A DNA stretch of 18,189 nucleotides, taken from assembly GCA_041497895.1 (NCBI GenBank), contig JBGQHJ010000100.1, positions 1 to 18,189 on the forward strand, read 5' to 3'. A program made the position numbers and the translations under genes. This DNA comes from Candidatus Methylomirabilia bacterium (GTDB lineage Bacteria; Methylomirabilota; Methylomirabilia; Rokubacteriales; CSP1-6). Below, piece after piece: positions 12,330 through 18,189 of the stretch (positions are counted from its first letter, which is position 1; every line of letters begins with the position of its first letter). The notes beneath the pieces are model-generated. The model did no database searches. It was given only the letters and a program-made list of their open reading frames with translations, and was not told the origin of the DNA.

Positions 12330-14971
12330 CCGACCCGGGCGTCGAGCCGTGCGGCCAGCCGCCGGGCGAAGGCCTGGCCGTGAACGGTGATGGACGTGAG
12401 GTGATCGCCCGGAATCGTCTCCACCTCCGCGCCGGGTGAGATCCGCCGCCACCACCGCAAGGTGTCGGCGGCCGGCTCCGGCTCCTCGGCGGGCCAGAAC
12501 AGCACGACCTTTCCCCGATACGGAAGAGGCACGTAGTCGTCGGCGGCGTCGGTGAAGGTGGCGATCAGCCTATCCCGGTCGTCGGGAGCCGCGGACGCCT
12601 CGGGCCCCGGTCGTCCCGCCCCGCCGGCGGGTCGTCGCACCAGCCGGATCAGCTTCCCGACGACCAGGCCGACCCGCCCCGGCGGGGATGCCGCGCTCCA
12701 GGCCCGGACGAACCACCGCCACCGTCGCACGAGGCTCCGCTGAGTGACCTCGCTGAGCCCGAGCAGGCGCCCGCCGCGCTCGATCAACCGCCGCGCCCGG
12801 CTGAAGCGCGCGTTGGCGGCGGAGGTGCGGATCACGAGCAGCGGCTCGACCGTCTCGCCCTCCTCGGCGAGCCGGCGCGCCATCTCCAGCGCGATCAGCC
12901 CGCCGTTGCAGTTGCCCGCCAGGCGATACGGCCCGTGTGGCCGGTGCCGGCGAAGCGCCTGGAGGTGACGGGTGGCCATCTCCTCGATCGTGAGCGGCGC
13001 CGCCTCGCCGTCGAGACCGCAGGGCGTCAGCGCGAAGACCGGCTGCTCCGGCCCCAGCGCCCGCGCGATCTTCCGGCAGTAGAGGCCGCCGCCGAGATAG
13101 TCGCCGTGCAGGAAGTAGAGCGGCGCCTTCGAGCCATCCGTCTGGACGGGTGCGACCGCCGCCGACGCCTTGCCCGGCCGTGCGAGCCTCGCGGCCACGT
13201 GCTCGACGGTCGATCCCGAGAGCAGGATGGAGGGGGAGGCCTCCACCCCGATCGCCTCCTCGATCGCGGCCAGCATCTCCGTCGCGAGGAGCGAGTCGCC
13301 GCCCAGATCGAAGAAATCGTCCCGGATCCCGACGGGCTCCACCTCCAGCAGCTCCTGCCAGATGCGGACCAGCTCGGACTGCGTCGGATCCTCGGGCGGC
13401 GCATAGGCCTGGTCGAGTGCCGGCCGGGCCCGGGTGGGCGCGGGGAGGGCGTTGCGATCCACTTTCAGGTTCTGGTTGAGCGGCAGCGCGGCGAGCCGTC
13501 GGTACCTCGACGGGATCATCTGCGGCGGAAGCTCCTCCGCGAGATGCCGCCTCAGCTCGCTCACGGTGGGCTCCGAGCCCGCCGCGGGAACGTAGTAGGC
13601 GAGCAGGCGGCGCTCGTGGTGGGCATCGGTGCCGGCGATCACGGCGGCTTCGCGGATGGACGGCAGGCGCGCGAGCGCCGCCTCCACCTCGGCGAGAGAC
13701 ACGGTGATGCCCCGGATCTTGGTGCGCGAGTCCCGGCGGCCCAGATGCTCGAGACAGCCGTCCGCTCTCAGCCGGCCCAGGTCGCCGGTCCGGTAGGCCC
13801 GCCGGCCCCGGGCGTCGGTCTCGAACGCGCGCGCGGTGAGATCCGGGCGGTTCCAGTAGCCGAGGGCGAGGTACTCGCTCCGCACCGAGATCTCCCCCAC
13901 CTCTCCGGGAGCGGCCGGCTTCCCGTCGTCGTCGAGCACCGCTACCTCCATGTCCTCGACCGGATAGCCGATGGGCACGAGATCCCCGTCGAACGGCGTC
14001 TCCCGGCCGAGCAGGAACCGACGCACGAGGCCCGTCTCGGTGGCGCCCAGCCCGTTGGCCAGCACACAGCCGGGAGCGAAGTGGCGCCGGAAGAGCTCGA
14101 CGTCGAGCCGCGCGGATCGATCTCCTTCCAGCCGGACCACGCGAACCCCGGGGAACACCCGGTCGCCCCGCAGGAAGCTCCGGAAGATGGTCGGAACCGA
14201 GTGATAGATCGTGACTCCCTCGCGGTCGACGTAGTCGGCCAGCTCTCCGCCGCCCGCCAGGCGAACGTCGAACGGCAGCGACGTCGCGCCGTTGAGGAGC
14301 GCGCAGAACATGCTGGACACCGCGCCGCTGAAGCCGGGCGACTGGAGCAGAGTGAGCCGATCGCCCGGCCCGATCCCGAGCCCGTTCGTGTAGCGCATCA
14401 CGTTGTGGAGCACGTTGCGATGCGAATCCACCACGCCCTTCGGCTCACCCGTCGAGCCGGTCGTGTAGTAGATGTACGCGGGCGCGGTGGCCGCGATCTC
14501 GATCTCGGGCGCCTCGGCGGGTGCGCCGGAAGGGAGATCGTCGACATCGAGGAGGTCGAGATCGGGGTCGGCCGCGTCTCGCACGAGGCACGCGGCGGAT
14601 GCGGTCACGAGCGCGGTCGACGCGCACGAGTCCCGCAGCAGGTGGCGGAGCCGATCGCGGCCCAGCCCGACCTCGAGCGGAACGTAGATCCGACCCGTCT
14701 TCAGGGTTCCCAGGATGGCCGGCAGGAGCGACAGCCCCTGCTCGACCACGACCGCGACCGGCTCGGCCCGGATACCCCGGGCCAGGATCGCCCGCGCCAC
14801 GAGATCGGCCCGCCGGTCGAGCTCCGCGTACGTGAGGGAGGCCGATCGGAGCTTGACCGCGAGGCGATCCGGACCGGCCGCGACTTGCTGGGCGAATCGC
14901 CGAGGGATGCTCTGCTCGATCGCCGCACGCTCGAACGGGACGAATCCCTCGCCCGGGGAGAGCCTGACCAC
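12326..14971 (-). CDS. NRPS-like enzyme, adenylation-thiolation-thioesterase (A-T-TE), no condensation domain
   Basis: A1 'LTYAEL', A3 'AYIYYTTGSTGEPKGV', A5 'NGLGATE', A6 'GEISVRSEYLALGYW', A7 'YRTGDL', A8 'GRRDSRTKIRG', A10 'NLKVDR'. PCP 'DFFDLGGDSL' (Ser560). TE 'LYFLHG', 'GPYRLAGNCNGG' (Cys688) and 'PGDH' (His857). 881 aa. Confidence 0.92.
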   Translation of the reverse strand: MVRLSPGEGFVPFERAAIEQSIPRRFAQQVAAGPDRLAVKLRSASLTYAELDRRADLVARAILARGIRAEPVAVVVEQGLSLLPAILGTLKTGRIYVPLEVGLGRDRLRHLLRDSCASTALVTASAACLVRDAADPDLDLLDVDDLPSGAPAEAPEIEIAATAPAYIYYTTGSTGEPKGVVDSHRNVLHNVMRYTNGLGIGPGDRLTLLQSPGFSGAVSSMFCALLNGATSLPFDVRLAGGGELADYVDREGVTIYHSVPTIFRSFLRGDRVFPGVRVVRLEGDRSARLDVELFRRHFAPGCVLANGLGATETGLVRRFLLGRETPFDGDLVPIGYPVEDMEVAVLDDDGKPAAPGEVGEISVRSEYLALGYWNRPDLTARAFETDARGRRAYRTGDLGRLRADGCLEHLGRRDSRTKIRGITVSLAEVEAALARLPSIREAAVIAGTDAHHERRLLAYYVPAAGSEPTVSELRRHLAEELPPQMIPSRYRRLAALPLNQNLKVDRNALPAPTRARPALDQAYAPPEDPTQSELVRIWQELLEVEPVGIRDDFFDLGGDSLLATEMLAAIEEAIGVEASPSILLSGSTVEHVAARLARPGKASAAVAPVQTDGSKAPLYFLHGDYLGGGLYCRKIARALGPEQPVFALTPCGLDGEAAPLTIEEMATRHLQALRRHRPHGPYRLAGNCNGGLIALEMARRLAEEGETVEPLLVIRTSAANARFSRARRLIERGGRLLGLSEVTQRSLVRRWRWFVRAWSAASPPGRVGLVVGKLIRLVRRPAGGAGRPGPEASAAPDDRDRLIATFTDAADDYVPLPYRGKVVLFWPAEEPEPAADTLRWWRRISPGAEVETIPGDHLTSITVHGQAFARRLAARLDARVG

Positions 14972-14987
14972 GGCCGAGATACTATCA
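14972..14987 (-). promoter_or_regulatory. Extended -10 promoter (TG-A-TAGTAT) 7 nt upstream of GTG: probable leaderless transcript of the NRPS-like gene
   Basis: Minus strand reads TGATAGTAT-CTCGGCC-GTG. No Shine-Dalgarno in between. Confidence 0.6.
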
Positions 14988-15096
14988 CGCGCCCTGGCTC
15001 CGGGACGTGAGGGAGCCAGGCATCAAGACCCGCCGTCCGAGCGGCACGCGGAATAAAGGAGGACCCGCGAGCACGGGTTTGGTATCAAGGAGGGGA

Positions 15097-17103
15097 ATGT
15101 CCACCGCGCTGGCCAAGCCCCCGACCACCGAGCCGAAGCCGGCGGCCCCATCCGCCACCGAGATGGGCGCGCGCCAGCGGGAGATCTCGGTCTCCGAGTT
15201 CTTCACCAAGAACCGACATCTCCTCGGCTTCGACAACCCGCGCAAGGCGCTCCTCACCTGCGTCAAGGAAGCGGTGGACAACGCGCTCGACGCCTCCGAG
15301 GAGGCCGGCATCCTGCCGGAGGTCGTCGTCACCCTCGAGGTCGTGCCGAGCAACGGGGACGCCTCGCCCCCGGCCAGCCAGGCGAGCCGCTTCCGGGTCA
15401 CGGTGGCCGACAACGGCCCCGGCATCGTGCGCCAGCAGATCCCGCCCATCTTCGCCAAGCTCCTCTACGGCTCGAAGTTCCATCGGCTCCGGATGAGCCG
15501 GGGCCAGCAGGGCATCGGCATCTCGGCGGCCGGCATGTACGCCCAGCTCACCACCGGCAAGCCGGTGCAGATCATCTCGCGCACCGGCGCGCGGGCGGCG
15601 GCCCACTACTTCGAGGTGCAGATCGACACCAAGAAGAACGAGCCCCGCATCTTCGAGAGCAAGAAGATCGACTGGGAGCACCCGCGCGGCACCCAGGTCA
15701 CGCTCGAGATCGAGGGCCGCTACCAGAAGGGCCGCGCCTCGGTGGACGAGTTCCTCGAGCAGGTCGCCATCGCCAATCCGCACGTGAAGCTCGTCTACCA
15801 CCCGCCGGAGGGGCAGACTCGGGAGTATCCCCGGACGATCCACGAGCTGCCGCCCCAGCCCCGCGAGATCAAGCCCCATCCCTACGGCATCGAGTTCGGC
15901 GTGCTCCTGCGGATGCTGCACGACACCCGGGGCCATTCGCTCGCCGGGTTCCTCGCGGGCGACTTCAGCCGGGTCTCGCCGCCGGTCGCCCAGGAGATCT
16001 GCAAGACCGCCAAGCTCTCGGTGAACGCGCGGCCCCGCAACGTCCACGGCGCGGACGCGGAGGCGCTCTACAAAGCGATCCAGGCGACCAAGATCATGGC
16101 GCCGCCGTCGAACTGCATCTCGCCGATCGGCGAGAAGGCGATCCTCCACGGCCTCTACAAGCAGATCAAGGGCGAGTTCTACACCGCGGTCACCCGCCCG
16201 CCCGCGGTGTACCGCGGCAACCCCTTCGTCATCGAGGCGGGCCTGGCCTACGGCCGGGGGCCGGACCAGGTCGCGGCGGCGCCCGAGGCCCCCGCGGTCC
16301 CGCTCGCCGAGGGCGAGCAGCGCGAGGACGACGACGAGCTGGCGCGGGTCATCCGCTACGCCAACCGCGTCCCCCTGCTCTACCAGCAGTCGGCCTGCGC
16401 GACCTTCAAGGCGGCGCTCGAGACCGCGTGGAAGAACTACGGCATCACCCAGTCCCGCGGCGCGCTCCCCGCCGGCCCCATGGTGGTGTTCGTCCACATG
16501 GCCTCGGTGTGGGTGCCGTTCACCAGCGAGTCCAAGGAAGCGATCGCCGACTACGACGAGATCCGGAAGGAGATCAAGCTCGCGCTGCAGGAGTGCGGGC
16601 GCCGGCTCGGCGTGTTCCTGCGACGGCGCGAGCGGGCCAAGAGCGAGTTCCGCCGGCGCAACATCTTCGACCTCTACATCGAGGAGGTCGTCGAGGCCTG
16701 CGCCCGTCTCAAGGGCGGCCGGCTGCCCAAGGAGAGGCTCAAGAGCCAGCTCCAGAAGATCGCGCTGAAGCGGACCGGGGGCACGCGCACCGACGAGATC
16801 CTGGGCAAGAACAGCGGGCCCGAGGGCCTCCCGCATTCGATCATCGTCACCCCGGACGGCGCGGAGGGAGAGGCGCCGCTCCTGCCGGGCGAGCCGACCG
16901 GCGCCGCGCCGGACACGGAGGCGCCGGCGCCCGAGCCGGAGGCGCCCGCATCCCGGAAGGGCAAGGCCAGGCCGGCCCGGCCGGCGAAGCGCGGCGCGGC
17001 GGCCAAGGGAAAACCCGCGAGCGCCCCCGCCCGGAAGGCGACCAAGGCGGCCAGGACCAGGCCGACGAAGACGAAGCCGAGCCCGAAGCGTAGAGCGCGG
17101 TAG
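15097..17103 (+). CDS. top6B: DNA topoisomerase VI subunit B
   Basis: RBS AAGGAGG and ATG 15097. 'REISVSEFFTKNRHLLGFDNP'; GHKL motifs 'KEAVDNALDA', 'DNGPGI', 'LYGSKF' and 'RGQQGIGISAA'; 'EIKPHPYG'; transducer motifs 'RYANRVPLLYQ' and 'VPFTSESKEAIA'. 668 aa. Confidence 0.97.
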   Translation: MSTALAKPPTTEPKPAAPSATEMGARQREISVSEFFTKNRHLLGFDNPRKALLTCVKEAVDNALDASEEAGILPEVVVTLEVVPSNGDASPPASQASRFRVTVADNGPGIVRQQIPPIFAKLLYGSKFHRLRMSRGQQGIGISAAGMYAQLTTGKPVQIISRTGARAAAHYFEVQIDTKKNEPRIFESKKIDWEHPRGTQVTLEIEGRYQKGRASVDEFLEQVAIANPHVKLVYHPPEGQTREYPRTIHELPPQPREIKPHPYGIEFGVLLRMLHDTRGHSLAGFLAGDFSRVSPPVAQEICKTAKLSVNARPRNVHGADAEALYKAIQATKIMAPPSNCISPIGEKAILHGLYKQIKGEFYTAVTRPPAVYRGNPFVIEAGLAYGRGPDQVAAAPEAPAVPLAEGEQREDDDELARVIRYANRVPLLYQQSACATFKAALETAWKNYGITQSRGALPAGPMVVFVHMASVWVPFTSESKEAIADYDEIRKEIKLALQECGRRLGVFLRRRERAKSEFRRRNIFDLYIEEVVEACARLKGGRLPKERLKSQLQKIALKRTGGTRTDEILGKNSGPEGLPHSIIVTPDGAEGEAPLLPGEPTGAAPDTEAPAPEPEAPASRKGKARPARPAKRGAAAKGKPASAPARKATKAARTRPTKTKPSPKRRAR

Positions 17104-17113
17104 GATCGATCCC

Positions 17114-18189
17114 ATGGCCAGAGCGAAGGCGAGCAAGACCGGCCCGGTCGAGAAGAAACTGATCGGGGTGGCCGACGTCGTGATCACGGCCGCGGAGAAG
17201 AGCAAGGACCCCACCCTGGCGATCCCGGTGCGCAGCCTCGCGAACGTCAACTTCAACGCCAAGCGCGGCATCATCGAGCTGGGCAAGCGCAAGCAGGCCC
17301 GCACGTTCTTCAACGTGGGCATGGCGAAGAAGTTCATGCAGACGGTGCTGGTGGCCGACGCGCTCAGCGAGCTGCAGCGGGCCAACCTCACCACCTCGCT
17401 GCGGGAGATCTACTACCGCACCAAGCACACCATGAAGGGCTCGCACGAGAACACCTTCGACAACCAGAACGAGTCCGACCCCCTGATCGAGGACCTCGAG
17501 GTCACCCTGGCCGCCCTGCGCGAGGAGCTGCACGTGCGCGCGGAGAACGCGGGCAGCGTGGTGGGCCCGCTCGTGCTCGACGACGACGGCGACCGGGTCG
17601 ACTGCGCACGCCTCGGCAAGGGCGGCTACTCGGTGCCCTCCATCGTCGAGCCCGAGTACATCAACATCCGCCGCTGCACCGCCGACTTCGTCCTGCTCGT
17701 CGAGAAGGGCACCCAGTGGAACCGCCTCTCGGAGGACAAGTTCTGGCGCCGCTACAACTGCGTGCTCCTGACCGGCAACGGCCAGCCCCCGCGCGGCGTC
17801 CGCCGCCTCGCCCGGCGCCTGCACGAGGAGTACCGGATCCCGGTCTACGTCCTCGTCGACAACGACCCGTGGGGCTACTACATCTACTCGGTGGTCAAGC
17901 AGGGCTCGATCAACCTCGCGTTCGAGAGCGAGCGGATGGCCATCCCCAAGGCCAAGTTCATCGGCCTCTCCAGCGCCGACCCCGACCGCTACGGCCTCCC
18001 CCGCAACGTCGGCATCAAGCTCAACGACAAGGACGTCGGCCGCGCCAAGGAGCTGGTGAAGTACCGCTGGTTCGACAAGAAGCCCTGGCAGGAAGAGATC
18101 AAGCGCATGCTCGCCTCCGGCCTCAAGTACGAGCTCGACGCGCTGGCCAACAAGGACTTCCGCTACCTGACCAAGACCTACCTGCCCCG
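17114..18189 (+). CDS. top6A: DNA topoisomerase VI subunit A (Spo11-like), 3'-truncated by window edge; missing from ORF track
   Basis: Translated by hand from ATG 17114: MARAKASKTGPVEKKL...; winged-helix catalytic motif 'SLREIYY' (Tyr codons 17411-17416), 'QNESDPLIEDLE', TOPRIM motifs 'LLVEK', 'GNGQP' and 'VLVDNDPWGYYI', 'GSINLA', 'KYELDAL'. No stop before the window end. Confidence 0.97.
   Translation, partial: MARAKASKTGPVEKKLIGVADVVITAAEKSKDPTLAIPVRSLANVNFNAKRGIIELGKRKQARTFFNVGMAKKFMQTVLVADALSELQRANLTTSLREIYYRTKHTMKGSHENTFDNQNESDPLIEDLEVTLAALREELHVRAENAGSVVGPLVLDDDGDRVDCARLGKGGYSVPSIVEPEYINIRRCTADFVLLVEKGTQWNRLSEDKFWRRYNCVLLTGNGQPPRGVRRLARRLHEEYRIPVYVLVDNDPWGYYIYSVVKQGSINLAFESERMAIPKAKFIGLSSADPDRYGLPRNVGIKLNDKDVGRAKELVKYRWFDKKPWQEEIKRMLASGLKYELDALANKDFRYLTKTYLP

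Noticed and set aside
15055..15095. Duplicated AAGGAGG flanking a small hairpin (ACCCG...CGGGT) upstream of top6B, as a regulatory RNA
   Set aside because: The first SD has no start codon at a suitable distance, the stem is only 5-6 bp, and it resembles no riboswitch I can support.
1..18189. tRNA, rRNA, CRISPR array, integrase/transposase or defence-system genes
   Set aside because: None recognised. Intergenic gaps are short and lack cloverleaf or repeat-spacer patterns. The GHKL and TOPRIM proteins are explained by canonical Topo VI, not Wadjet- or MORC-type defence systems.

Overview
High-GC bacterial chromosomal window with about 19 protein genes. No rRNA, tRNA, CRISPR array or transposase was recognised. 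The gene mix resembles Candidatus Rokubacteria/Methylomirabilota, but that is inference only. From left to right: (1) the 3' end of a VWA-domain gene, then the actinobacterial-type trio histidine phosphatase (MSMEG_4193-like), DUF3090 and SCO1664-like kinase. (2) On the minus strand, a small Cys/His-rich protein, an acyl-CoA-dehydrogenase-fold flavin monooxygenase whose apparent start codon is ACG, a secreted unknown protein, a cytochrome P460/c'-beta family protein and an MFS transporter. (3) An orphan family-5 ABC solute-binding protein. (4) A minus-strand operon of a tandem DUF4286-like barrel, an EthD-family protein and a membrane protein, with a divergent SDR. (5) A PEP-CTERM surface protein and a stand-alone Fis-type HTH protein. 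(6) A convergent, condensation-less A-T-TE NRPS-like enzyme. (7) An archaeal-type topoisomerase VI operon, top6B plus a top6A that runs off the window and is absent from the ORF track. The best novelty candidate is the A-T-TE enzyme. Its A domain lacks the amino-binding Asp. Its thioesterase has a Cys nucleophile and Arg at the canonical Asp position, a rearrangement reminiscent of beta-lactone/beta-lactam-forming TEs. All family calls come from motif recognition by eye; no database search was run.
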